The notes under the pieces were generated by a model. It saw only the letters and a program-made list of their open reading frames with translations. It was not told where the DNA came from and did no database searches. From positions 1,674,001-1,738,000 of the forward strand of contig NW_027117340.1 of NCBI RefSeq assembly GCF_038025025.1: 64,000 nt of DNA, given 5' to 3'. Shown here in pieces: positions 34,194 through 46,135 of this stretch (position 1 is its first letter; each line of letters starts with the position of its first letter). The DNA comes from Phyllosticta citribraziliensis. Taxonomy: Eukaryota. The position numbers and the translations under genes were made by a program.

Positions 34194-36128
34194 ATGGGCT
34201 CCCACCTTCGCAACATTCAGAAAGTCGACGAGACGTCGCATCCGTACATTTTCCAAGAAAATGTGTCGGTGCCTCTGACCAACGGCGGGGTGGTCCGATG
34301 CAACGTGTACTTGCCCAAGGAGTCTGAGGAGAAACAATACCCCGTGATAGTCACCTACGGACCGTATGGAAAGGACGTTCCGTACAAGGAGTAAGTGGGA
34401 AGTTTTGCTGACGAGAGCCTTGCTGACCGGGAAAGCTTCCACGCCGAGAGCTTCGACAAGGTGGACAAAGATCACCAGACCGACCACAGCGCGTGGGAGA
34501 CACCTACTCCCAGATACTGGACCGCTCACGGATACGCCGTTGTGCGAGCCGACGAAATAGGAATTGGGCAATCGCCGGGCACTTTGGATGTTCTGTCAAA
34601 AGCGACAATCGACTCTTTTGTAGAGGGTAAGTTGCAACTCTTGAAGACAGCAGTCGCTGACCACGCGCAGTCATCGAATGGAGCGCCAAACAAAAGTGGT
34701 CGACGGGCAAAGTCGGCCTGCTGGGCATTAGCTACTATGCAGCCACGCAGTGGCAGGTCGCCGCGCGCAATCCGAAGGGCCTCGCAGCAATGGTGCCATG
34801 GGAGGGGTTTTCAGACTTTTACCGCGACGCCTTCCGGCACGGCGGCATCCTGTCGAACAACTTTTTCAGCTTTTGGTGGGCCCGCCAGGTCGGATCCAAC
34901 CAGTACGGATTGCCGGGCAAGGCGGCGCGGAATTGGGGCCCGGACACGATCGAGGGCGACCTGAGCGAAGAGGAACTGGCCACCAACCGCGTCGAACAGG
35001 AATCTATCTTCAAGCATCGATACCTCGACGAGGAGCGCATTGAGTCGGTCAATTTTGACCTCGAAGACGTTCGCGTCCCGCTGCTGAGCATCGCCAATTG
35101 GGGGGCCATATCGCTCCACCTCAGGGGAAACGTGCATGGCTTTATGCGAGCCGGCTCTGAACTCAAGTACCTCCGATTCATCACTGGCCGCCATGACCTC
35201 CCCTTTTACTATCCGGAAGAGGTAGAACTCCAGAGAAGCTTCCTGGATGCATTCCTAAAAGGTGATGACCGCGACGGATGGTCCCGAAAAGGCCAAGTCC
35301 CCCAAGTTGAACTCGTGGTCCGCAAGGGCGCGGAAAAGATTGGGTTCAGCCAGCCCGAGGCCGAGAAGCAGTTTCCGAGGCGCAAGGAAAGTGAGTGGCC
35401 TCTCGCGAGGACGGAATACGAGAATCTGTTCCTCACGCCCAGCGGTGGTCTCCAGTATGACCGTCCAGATATTGCCAAACCATGCGAGGTCTCTTATCCC
35501 GCTCTGGGCATGCTTCAATCGCCGCACATTGTCTCGTTTTCCACTGGGCCCGTCCAAACCGAAACCGAGATCACTGGACACATTGTTGCACACCTGAATG
35601 TCTCTGCGGCCAAGGATCCTGAAAGCGGAAACGTGCCGTCGGACCTGGATCTTTTCCTGACGCTCCGCCACATGACGGCTTCAGGGCAAGAGATTTCGTA
35701 TACGGGCGCTATAGGTGAGCCAGTTCCGGTCGCAAAGGGTTGGCTGCGGGCCAGCCTGCGAAAGACGAACCCAGAGCATCCGTACCACGCCTTTTGGCTC
35801 CCCCACCGCGAATACGTGTCCACGGACTTGCTCCCCGTGGTTGCAGATGAGCCGTATGCAGTCGATGTCGAAATATGGCCGACTTCTGTTGTACTTGAAA
35901 AGGGCCAGTCTTTGGTACTCGAAGTCAGCTCGGGTGACACGGATGGCGCTGGCATATTTCAGCACAATGACCCTAACGACAGGTAAGCTGGTTGTCTCGC
36001 GTCTGCGAATCTCAATAACGTGAATTAGGTCCCAAAAAGTCTTCCAGGGCATCAATCGCATCCATTTCGGATCCGAGCATGTCAACACACTGACGATTCC
36101 CGTTATCCCCCAAAAACAAATGATCTGA
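34194..36128 (+). CDS. CocE/NonD family (peptidase S15-like) alpha/beta hydrolase
   Basis: ATG 34194; introns 34391-34435, 34627-34670, 35983-36028. Motifs TYGPYGKD, WETPTP, nucleophile elbow GLLGISYYA, ETEITGHIVAHL, KGWLRASLRK. Confidence 0.9.
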
Positions 36129-36928
36129 ATGTCTTGAAACAATTCTCAATGCTTTCTGAGACGAAGTTGTCGAAAGATGGGGAACAGCGGCTCAAGATCC
36201 TAGTCTAGATACTTTGTAAAAATGTAGGAATTGAATACTAGGTTCAGTCAATCATCGGAAGCTCGAAATGCGAACAAGAGAAGGAGCGACAGTGAGAGGA
36301 AAAAATGACACAGATATCAAAGACTGGATGTGGAGAAGGAATAATCCATGACCTCTAACTTATCGTGAACAGGAAGCATGAAGCCACCATCGACAGGCAT
36401 AACTAGGAGTTCAAGAATCATGCGGGCACTTCCACGACATTGGGAGAGCGCAATTTGGCCTTGATCCGCGCGAAGCCACGATCTTCATGACCAAGCTTCA
36501 GAGAGGTAATGGCATCTTCGCTCTCGACCCACGATCGTGGTCGATGCGAACTGTCGAACTGTCAACTACGGAGCGGCATGTCAAGCTGAGTGACGATGTT
36601 GACCATCGACCGGACTACGGACAACTGACGCATGCACAATTAAGCTTCTGTGTCGTGACCCACCCCGCCATCCAGCTCAGAAGCGCAGCCAATGTGTAGA
36701 TGAGTCTTGTCCGTCAAAAGTCTCGTCACAGGTGCAGTCGTACACAAGGTTGACGATAAGAGGAGCATCGGAGAAGCGCGACAACCCCCACTTTGCGGCC
36801 ACGTCAAAACCCGAACTCTGCTTGCTATAGTACAAATGATTGCCTCGAGCATCATATACCTGTGCTTCTTACCACAAGCTGTCGACAAAGGTCGGTTTTC
36901 GCCAAAAGGTTTGGAGTTTGAAGCGATC

Positions 36929-38661
36929 ATGGACGACATCGGCAGCGCCATCGGCCCACTCGAGACCCTGCTTTCGCACTACCAACCTATTCTTTTGATC
37001 CTGGGCGTACTCGGACTGGGATATCTCATCTTCCAGGCAGCATTCGCGACCGATGTGCCGCACATCAAGGGAATCCCTGAGCCGGCAGGTGCAGTACCCT
37101 TCTACGGACATCTCAAGTCGCTCGGCGACGACCATCCAACGACACTCCAGAATTTCTCCGTCGACAATGCATGGCCGCTGGTGCAGGTCAAATTTGGCAA
37201 CCGACGGGTCATTGCCCTGAATACGTTTGAGGCTGCGCAGCACTTCATCATTCGCAATTCCAGCGCGACGATTGATCGTCCGCTCTTTTGGACGTTTCAC
37301 AAGTTCGTCAGTAACACACAAGGTGAGTCGATGCTCGGACTGAATTGAGCCTTTCTGACTTTCTAAGGCGCCACAATTGGGACTTCGCCTTGGGACACGT
37401 CGTGCAAGCGCAAGCGCACTGCCATTGGGTCGTACATGACGCGCCCCGCAATCCAGCGAAATGCTCCTTTGATCGACATTGAGGCGCTCGGGCTGGTCGA
37501 GGGTATTTTCAAAGCCTCCCTCGACCCAAATGGCAAGACCAGCGTCGAAGTTGATCCGCGGCTCCTGTTTCAACGAGCCTCGCTCAACTTTGTGCTCATG
37601 CTTTGCTACGCCTCACGCTTCCCTGATATTGACGACCCGTTGTTGCATGAAATCCTGGCGACCGGAAAGACGGTGAGCACTTTCCGCAGCACCAACAACA
37701 ACATGCAGGACTACGTGCCTCTGCTCCGGTATTTCTCCAATTCAAGGATAAAAATGGCCAAGGAGATTACAAAGAAACGAGATGTGTGGCTAGAGGCCTT
37801 GTTGGATCGAGTTCGAAAGGCCGTCGCTTCCGGAAAGCCAGTCTCGTGTATTGCCGAGTCGCTGCTCAAGGAGAAGGGATCTGAAAAACTGACCGAGGCC
37901 GAGATCCGCTCCATCAATGTTGGTCTCGTCTCTGGTGGCAGCGACACCATTGCTACCACTGGACTCGGCGGGCTTGGATTCCTAGCCTCCAAGGAGGGCC
38001 AGGCGATCCAGCAAAAGGCGTACGATGAGATCATGAAGGTCTACGCAACTGCCGAAGAAGCTTGGGAGAACTGTGTGCTGGAAGAAAATGTTGAATATGT
38101 CGTCGCGTTGGTCCGGGAAATGCTGCGCTACTATTGCGCAATCCAGATGTTGCCACCAAGAAAGACTTGCAAGCCATTCGAGTGGCAAGGCGCGCAGGTC
38201 CCCGCTGGTTGTACAGTGTACATGAATGCTCAGGCTATCAACCATGGTCAGTTTGCAACCGCGTCAAAAGATCGAGGCTGACTTGCGTAGACAAAACTGC
38301 GTATGGTCCAGACGCACACGTCTTCCGCCCAGAACGTTGGCTCGACGCCAGCAGTCCATTCCAAGTGGGCCTACCATACCACTACTCGTACGGAGCTGGC
38401 TCGAGGGCATGCACGGCCGTGGCCCTCTCCAATAGAATCCTCTACTGCTACTTTGTTCGACTGATAGTCTCTTTCCGCTTCACAGCAAGTGAAGGTATGG
38501 CCCCGACGTTGGACTACATCGGATTCAACGAGAATCCACAGGGAGCAACCGTAATCCCCAAGACGTACAAAGTCAACATTGAAGAGAGGCGGCCGAGGGA
38601 GGAGCTCGTCAAGAACTTGGAGAATAGTCGCGAGACTACTTCCCACCTGGTTTTCACATGA
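36929..38661 (+). CDS. Cytochrome P450, CYP504-like (phenylacetate/3-hydroxyphenylacetate hydroxylase family)
   Basis: N-terminal TM anchor; introns 37323-37367 and 38247-38290. CYP504-type TFHKFVSNTQGATIGTSPWD; EMLR (ExxR), FRPERW and heme motif YSYGAGSRAC. Confidence 0.88.
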
Positions 38662-38740
38662 ATTGTCTCTTTCGACGGCTTTTTTCTCCAAAGTCGCTGG
38701 TCGAAACGAATTTTCTGGTTTCCGGATGAAGTTTTCGTTA

Positions 38741-40729
38741 TCAGCCAGGTTGGTTCGGGGCCTGTAAGCCGGCAGCCATTTTGGAAAGATTCTCGTCGGC
38801 GAGCAGCAAATCAGCGAAGGCGTCCCATGCTTGACAATATCGTCGGCCGCATTTCCACCGTTCGGCAAAAGATGAGAGGATACTCGAGCACTTGACGATC
38901 GGCTCGATTGCCGGGAGACCGACAAGATTGGGAATGTGATGATCGTGGAGCGGGGAGTCTCTTTGACTGCGGAGCATTAGATATGCCGCCCAAGCTGCGC
39001 CGGCTTGCATGACATTTTCCGCCGAGACCCAGATGCTAATTACTCGTCTCTCCCTGTTCAACTTGTGTGTGTGCATTATGAAGGCTGCAGCGGCCATGGC
39101 AATCTTCAAAAGAAGACTCTGTGAACAGCAGTGGGTGCCGGCTCCCGGAGACGTAAACAGGGGATGCATCGTAAGGTAAACTTGTGCCTGACCGAGCGAC
39201 ACATTTTCCCATCCGGAATCGGTATTTATCTGCAAGCAGGCTGGTATGAGTCGAGTTTCAACGTCAAAAGATGCAGATTCCTGAGGAAAATTCAACTCCT
39301 GAGTGAGCGTGTACAGCGTGTGGTACACCAAGGGCTCAGAAAGACCGTTTGGAATAACGGTGGGGGCAGAGTTGCAATACAGCGAAGGGAGTCGAAAGTG
39401 GATCGAAAGAGTGCTGCCAAAATTAGCGCCGAAGAAAACACCAGCAATGAGGGTCAAAACAAATGGCAACGTGCACCCAGTCGCTTGGTGAGAAACAGCT
39501 CTTCAGGTGCGGCTGGAGTGGTGCATGACAGCTCCATGGGAGTTCCCGTCACTTTTGACACCTCCCGAGACAGAGAAAAGGTCTTACCTTTCCAAGAGAT
39601 AGATGCAGTGTCCCAACCGCTCAAACTCTTCGTCCATCTCGGGGGATGACACGCTCAGGTCGTCAAGCAACTTGACGTAGGAGCGCGAGGCCGCGCCGAC
39701 CACTTCCCACACGCTGCCTTTTGAGGTTACTGGGGAAACGAGATCCAACAAGGCTAGGAAACACAAAGCAAAAATGGTTTGCTTCATTCTGGCTTCCCCA
39801 GGGGTGTGTGAGCTATCGTGTCCAGCAATGTAACTCTGGAACCTATCGGTCCACATAGATGCCGTTATACTTTGATCGCTGTCCAAATCTCTGGCTACCA
39901 GCGTGGAGGAAACTGCAAAAATGCCGTAGACCGGCAATCGTTCAGAAGCAGTACACTGCCTCAAGGGATGCTCGTAGCGTAGCAAGTTGTTGATCTGAGT
40001 TGACGACAGCAGAGCAAAGCTCGATTGGACAACTTTGGCGTAGTACTCAATCAAGGCCCTTTGGAGGTGCGGCTGTTGCAGAGACTGCGTGTCGAGTTTG
40101 GAAAAATTGATTTTGAGTGGCGGGAACGCAAGAGACGTATCGTCCTCGACCTCTCGGGCTTTGGCAGCGAATCTAGACAAGCCAGAAACAGTTTGATCTT
40201 GGGTTGACTGCCGCTGGACAAGGGTCCTCAGCAGATTTTCCAGCAGCCCTGCAGAGGTGCCTAGTCCCAAAGCTGGCAGAGAACCAGCATCTTGAGACGT
40301 CTGCCATGGGGTCTGACAATCGGCATGGGAAAACGGCGAGGGCGATGGAGCGACTTCTGCGGGACCTTTGATGGCATTGATGGTAGATTCCAGACTTTCG
40401 ACCTTTTTGCTCAGAGCATGCAGGTAGCTCCAGATGGGTCAGCTTCATGAGGAATTAGGAGGAGGCTGGGCTGACCTGCGTGGAACACTAGGTGGTGAAT
40501 GAAGAGTTAGCATATAGGGTTTCTCTAGTAGGCTTTGTGGGTCTTTACTCGTGCCCCAGGGAATCATCATAATACAAGCATTCAAGATCGACCAACTGAC
40601 ACGAGGTACAAGCTGGCAACTGGAGATCGCACTGCGATGGTCAATTGACGTGCCCTTCATTGGAGGAAGGAGTTGGCGTCGTACTTTGATGCGCCTTTTC
40701 CGGCACCTTTTGCACGTTTGCAATGCCAT
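38741..40729 (-). CDS. Zn(II)2Cys6 transcription factor
   Basis: CKRCRKRRIK|CDLQLPACTSCQLVDLEC. Introns 40632-40684, 40488-40548, 40428-40475, 39414-39587; 12-nt microexon 40476-40487 restores DVPRSYLHAL. Confidence 0.85.
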
Positions 40730-40980
40730 GGGTGGCAGAGGAGGGGAGTAGTTGCAAAGACGAAGACCAGATTTGGTTCAGGGCAGCGACAGCGGGGAAG
40801 AGTCGCGTCGCGTGTGTGGGTTTGTGGTGTTGGGTAAATTGGCGTGGAGATAAGCTCAAGACCCTGGCCGGCAGCCGCGGGATGGGAGCCCGAATGCCTG
40901 AACACTGACGGCACCTCCACTACGGCACGCACACATACAGCAGTCCCCACATCCATCAACATGCATTGCCTCGAATCCGG

Positions 40981-43278
40981 ATGCCTCCCACACGAATTGC
41001 AGCTTCCAATCACCGCATCACCAAGGCCTGTGCCCGATGCCGCCATCGCAAGACCAAGTGCGATCTGAACTTTCCCGTCTGCGGGAGTTGTGCAAGGGCC
41101 CGCGTTGCATGCGTGGGTTACGACGCCGTCCGGGGAAGAGAGAGACCGCGCAGCACCGTCGCCTTTCTCGAAGACCGCGTCGCCCAGCTCGAAATCGAAC
41201 TGGCTCGTCTGAAATCTGAACAGACGGTCGACAACTCGCGCTTGGTTGAAGCCGCCATTTCAGCCTTGACACGCTCCCTTGCCGACACCATCAGCGACCC
41301 TTCGCCCTCTCAAAAGTCTCGTCTTTCGGGCTCTTCTCGATGCGGACTCTTGTCTTTTGCTTCTCCAATCTACCTGTCGCAGTCCCCATTGCCGCCGCTC
41401 CCGTCAACTTCGGTCCAAGATGACGGCTCCGTCCCAGCCATCGAAGCAACCAGATCAAGTACCATCTCGCTAATTCCCCGACATGTCATTGACATTATGC
41501 TCAAAAACTACTCCGAAAATTATCTACCGCAATCTCCCTACATTGATGCTTCTCAGTTGTACGCATCTACAGAAAAAGTATTTGCTCGCGGAAATGAAAC
41601 CCCCTTCGACGTCTTCGTCGTTGCAATCGCCCTAGCAATCAGCGTAAGTGTCTCCTCAGACTTGACAGAACAGCAGTCTTACAAGCCAGGCAACAACTCT
41701 GATCAGGCATGATGAAGAGCGCGCGACGGCATCTGCCCAAGAATTTTGGAACACGGCCAAAGCACAGCTCCCCTACATAACCGATGGCCCATCGCTACAG
41801 CGACTTCGCGTTCTCCTTTTGCTCACCCACTACGGGTTTGTCAATCCGTGTGTTGTCGACGTGTGGAGAACCGCAGGAGCAGCTACTAGGTAAATAGCCC
41901 GTGCCCAACCACTTTTGTAGCTGACTTTCCCAGATTGGCTGTCCAGCTCGGACTTCATCGGGAACTCTCCGTATCTGAGCAAGAAAAGACAGACTTTGAT
42001 GCAATAGATACACGACGAAAATTATTCTGGGCCACGTACAATTTGGACGCGTAAGTCGGTCTCGCAATTGTTGTCAGCCAATACTTACCAACAAAGTGCC
42101 ATTCATTTTGTTGTCGGCCGACCATTCGTCTTCCCAAGAGAAGCAATCACTGCTGAGGTACGTGGACCTCCCAATCCGGTGTCGTCATATTCTAACGATT
42201 ACAGTACCCTGAGTCCATTTTCGGACCACGCGATTCAGAGATAGATACCTCTCCTGTAATTCATGTCTGGCCACTTCGACAATACGAAGCCGAAATTTCC
42301 TCCATCTTGCCCAAGTTTGGCACGGCCACGCCAGTCGAGTGCCCCATCCCCATCGACGCATGGCGCAAACGGGCGCTCCAACGGCTCGAAGACTGGTACG
42401 TCGCTGTGCACACGAGCAGCAACGGCCGGCCGGGAGAAAAGATTGAGTTCCGCGAACTCATGTACCAGACGAACTTGTTCCGGCTCAACTGCCCGTCGAT
42501 GCACTTCCCGACTCCTAGCATCGAGATGCGGCGCGCCTCTCTCAATGCCACCATCGCCCTCGTTAGCATTTATTCTCGAAACACGCGATTCGGCAAGCTC
42601 TTCTACATCTGGCATGCCGTGTACCAGCTCTTCGAGTGCGGCGTGTGCATGCTCGAGACGATCATTTCTGGCATCCGTGTGACTCCGAGCCACTTGGCGG
42701 GCTTCGACGTGTCCGTCCTCCAGCGCACGCTGAAGGCCATCCCGCAATTGCTGCGCAAGGTGTCGACGCGCTGGCCGCAGGTTGAAAAGCACGCGCAATT
42801 CCTGGAAGAGGCTTCCGAGGCATGTCTTGACTGCTTCTTGCTATGGAGCCGTGGCGAAGCTCAGCCGCTGCCGCCTCTGCTTACCGATCTCGAGGAACGG
42901 CTGAGACGGCTCATGATCCCAAAAGAAAAGACGAACGACAGCGCGGGGGACCTGCCAGTCGCATCGCCGTCTGCCGCTCCACCTGCCACGCCCGTGACGT
43001 CGCTGCAGGCCATACTGGATAATGATGCAGGACCAGAAAACATCCCAGAAAGCATTCCGTTCGCTCCGACCCAAGTGGAGAGTCCATGGAATTACGATCT
43101 TTTGTTCGACCTACCCACTGGCGGTTTGGCGCCGAGCGTCCAGAGTGATGAGCTATCATGGGATTTTCCAGGATTCGAGTGAGTATACCTGGACCTTAAT
43201 TTTTTCAAATGCTCGGGCTAATCAATCTTCAGCCTTGACCAGATATTCTCTGCGTTCCAGGACGGACAAGTCTTGTAA
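40981..43278 (+). CDS. Zn(II)2Cys6 transcription factor (Ppr1/UaY-like architecture)
   Basis: CARCRHRKTKCDLNFPVCGSCARARVAC..PRSTVAFLEDRV. Introns 41644-41689, 41890-41933, 42051-42096, 42158-42204, 43179-43232 give one continuous frame with RLAVQLGLH and RRKLFWATYNLD. Confidence 0.87.
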
Positions 43279-43345
43279 AAAGCGTCGATTGAACTTAGTC
43301 TGAACAAACTCCATCGATGTGTACTCGCCGCAAGCTGTTGTCCAA

Positions 43346-44653
43346 TCAAACCATTCCGACAGCAAGACCGTACTTCTTCCACACTTTGGCGTCCTTCATG
43401 ACGAAGCTGACCTTCCTCAGCGCCTGCTTGTCCTCCCGCGGATCAGCATCAAGCGCAATGATGTCGGCTCTGACTCCCGGCTCGAACCAGCCAAACCGAA
43501 AGCCGGACCAGTCGCCGCCGCATGCTTCCCAGCCGCCCACCGTGCACGATTCTAGCGCGTCCTCCACCGGCATGCCCGCGTCAATCATCAACTCGACCTC
43601 CCTCGCATTCTCGCCATGGGGAAAGGTCCCCGTATCTCCGCCCGCGGCGAAGCGCACCCCCAAGTCATATGCTCTCTTAGTCTGCGCCAGAATCTGCGGG
43701 AAGCGGGGGCCATGCAAACGCTCACAGACGGCCAGCGTAGGGACGAAGACAATGCCCTTTGCAGCCATTCCGCGGAAGAGCTCGTCGTCTGCAAAGTAGC
43801 TGTGCTCAATGGTCGTCACGCCAGCGGCAACAGCAGCCAAGCCGGCCTCGATGGTACCGCAGTGTGCGGCAACGGGGCATCGCGCCAGGCGCGCCTCGCG
43901 CACAATCATGTCCATCTCCTCCTGGGCAAACACCATGACATCCGGGTTGGGGGTTTCGGGTGGACACAGCACCGAGCCCTCGTACGGATGCAGCTGCTTT
44001 GGCGGGAAGCGCATGACGCGCCGGCGGTAGTCTGCGTAGAACTTGATGATGTCTGCGCCCGCCGCTATGCGCCGCCGCACCGCCTTGCGCGCCTCAACGA
44101 CCCCGTCTACTGTGTCACTGCCGGCTGGGAGGCTACAGCCACCGCTGCCCCCGCACGACCCCGTGCCATTCTCCGTTCGGGGCTCGTAGGCTCCCGTGCT
44201 GGCAAGGACGCGGGTCGCGACGAAGAGGCGTGGGCCTGGCGTGAGGCCGCGGGCGACGGCGTCGCGGACGTTGGCGTCAGCCTCGCCCATGCTCTCGGAT
44301 CCCAAGTCGCGGTACGTCGTATAGCCAGCGAGCAGGGCAGTGCGGAGGTGGTTGGTGGCCCGGATGATGCGTTCGGCGGCCGAGGCATCGCGCTTTTGTT
44401 CCAGCGAGGGCTTTTCGTCATAAGATTGCAGGAATATGTGCGTGTGGGCGTCCACGAGACCAGGGAGTACGATTTTGGAGGTCAGATCAATGTCGCTGGG
44501 TGGCAGCGGATTGGGAAGCGCCGAGGATGGTCGCGTATCGACAGCGGTGATGAGCCCGGTGATTGGATTGACAGTTATGGAGATGTTTGAGACAAAGGCC
44601 TTTTTCTTTGGGTCGAAGAGGAGAGAAGTGTGGATTGTGAATTGTGATGCCAT
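43346..44653 (-). CDS. Metal-dependent amidohydrolase (Xaa-Pro dipeptidase/ochratoxinase-like subgroup)
   Basis: Intronless, 435 aa; VLPGLVDAHTH, AGYTTYRDLG, GADIIKFY, VAAHC, TIEH, GGDTG, ADIIALDADP. Confidence 0.9.
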   Translation of the reverse strand: MASQFTIHTSLLFDPKKKAFVSNISITVNPITGLITAVDTRPSSALPNPLPPSDIDLTSKIVLPGLVDAHTHIFLQSYDEKPSLEQKRDASAAERIIRATNHLRTALLAGYTTYRDLGSESMGEADANVRDAVARGLTPGPRLFVATRVLASTGAYEPRTENGTGSCGGSGGCSLPAGSDTVDGVVEARKAVRRRIAAGADIIKFYADYRRRVMRFPPKQLHPYEGSVLCPPETPNPDVMVFAQEEMDMIVREARLARCPVAAHCGTIEAGLAAVAAGVTTIEHSYFADDELFRGMAAKGIVFVPTLAVCERLHGPRFPQILAQTKRAYDLGVRFAAGGDTGTFPHGENAREVELMIDAGMPVEDALESCTVGGWEACGGDWSGFRFGWFEPGVRADIIALDADPREDKQALRKVSFVMKDAKVWKKYGLAVGMV

Positions 44654-45175
44654 TGTTGCTTGGGCAGTGTGGTGCGTGGTGTTTCTACGATCCAGCTACG
44701 AGTCGCTACTTCTACAAGGTACCCCGGTGGTGTCATCAACTACTCGAGGTGGAGAGTATGGACACGACGACGGAGGAGGCCAGCGGCCGAGCGCGCATCT
44801 CCGCTTTCCAGAAGTGGTGTTGAGTGCTTCGGCACGTGCGGGGATTCCCTATCGCCGCGTCGGCACTGCAAGGGCTTCTCCGCCTTCTGCATGTGTGTAG
44901 CTCCAGGACTAAGGTCCGGTGCCAAAAGATAGCAAAGAATTCGGAGGGGTCACGGGGAACGGCCCTAATACTCAATCGAACACGGACTCAGAGCCTGTGT
45001 TCCACGGCGTGAGGACTCATATGTCCACGAATGCACAAGATGGGGAGTGTATTCGATTACCTCCTGTCCGATGAAAGTAGCTCGTTCCTTGTGCCTCAAC
45101 TGTAGGCGGTGAGTCTCGATTCTGGACATGCGTTGTACCTGTAGGTTGGCTGGGGAAGCATGAGATGATGCGAGG

Positions 45176-46135
45176 CTACTTGCCCGTGGCCCAGAATCGA
45201 TCCAGAGCATCCTGGCGGACCTCATAAGCCCAATGATGGCAGGTCTGATGAACGACGGGACTGACGTCGCCAGCACTATCATCGTCTTCGCCATCATCAA
45301 ATACGGTCTTGATGCCCACTTGGACATATTTCTTGAGTAGAATGCGCCGCCAGCGTCCCGTCTCGCCAACGCACTTCTTCCACCTCGATATCTGTCGCTC
45401 ATCGTCCGGGCAGCGCCTGCCCATCCAAAAGCGACAGTACCACTGGAACCAGCCGCGGACATCATACTCGTGCATGATCCAGCCTGCGGCCTCCCACTCC
45501 TCGATACTCTGTCCGCACGCGACGCCGTACTTGTTGACCTCTGCGTTGTACGAAGGGCTCGTCAGATAGCGCTTCACGTCGAGGCCTTTTGTCCAACCTT
45601 CTGGCAGCTCTTTCCAGTCGTCTTGTATCGTTGTTCCCAAAGCCTTCGAGTATAATGGTCGCCAATAACTTCCGCCAAAACTCCCTTCGCGTATGATCTC
45701 CTCGGGCGACTTGTTCGGCGTAAAGTCTGGGTGTGAAGGAAAATGGAAAGTCCCGGTGCTGTCGCGAGATGGTTCCAAAGCCTCCGGCTTCCAAGATGTC
45801 CAGCCATCACGCAGAGTCTCCAAGTCGAAGCGAGCGGCGCTGGGCTTTGCAGACTCGGCAGGACTAGGCGACTTTGGCTGCCGCGTTCTTGGAGCAGCTG
45901 CACGCTCGAGTTCGTCTTCATTGTACGAGGGGCGAGTGCCCCCGCTCGCTATTCTTGCCGATGCGCGTGTTGGCTGTGCTTCATGGAGCTTGCGGCGTTT
46001 GGCTGACGGCTTTTTGTCTTTGCTTCGAGGCTTCGCGTCGGCAGGCCGGAGGGCATTGTGTTCCAGGCCGAGCTCCTCGACAAGGGCTTGATTGCGCTTG
46101 ATGTTCTGCAGTCGTCGCGCTTCGTATTCGCTCAT
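45176..46135 (-). CDS. Conserved protein of unknown function (FGGSYWRP..GWFQWYCRF family)
   Basis: Intronless. N-terminal SEYEARRLQNIKRNQALVEELGL plus an NLS-like KRRK; globular aromatic-rich domain FTPNKSP..GSFGGSYWRP..VNKYGVACGQSIEEWEAAGWI..RGWFQWYCRFWMGRR..DDERQISRW. Confidence 0.85.
   Translation of the reverse strand: MSEYEARRLQNIKRNQALVEELGLEHNALRPADAKPRSKDKKPSAKRRKLHEAQPTRASARIASGGTRPSYNEDELERAAAPRTRQPKSPSPAESAKPSAARFDLETLRDGWTSWKPEALEPSRDSTGTFHFPSHPDFTPNKSPEEIIREGSFGGSYWRPLYSKALGTTIQDDWKELPEGWTKGLDVKRYLTSPSYNAEVNKYGVACGQSIEEWEAAGWIMHEYDVRGWFQWYCRFWMGRRCPDDERQISRWKKCVGETGRWRRILLKKYVQVGIKTVFDDGEDDDSAGDVSPVVHQTCHHWAYEVRQDALDRFWATGK

Noticed and set aside
43616..44590. 324-aa ORF antisense to the amidohydrolase (and similar antisense ORFs over KRE33, fasciclin and DUF3844)
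   Set aside because: Shadow ORFs expected from GC-rich codon usage on the opposite strand.
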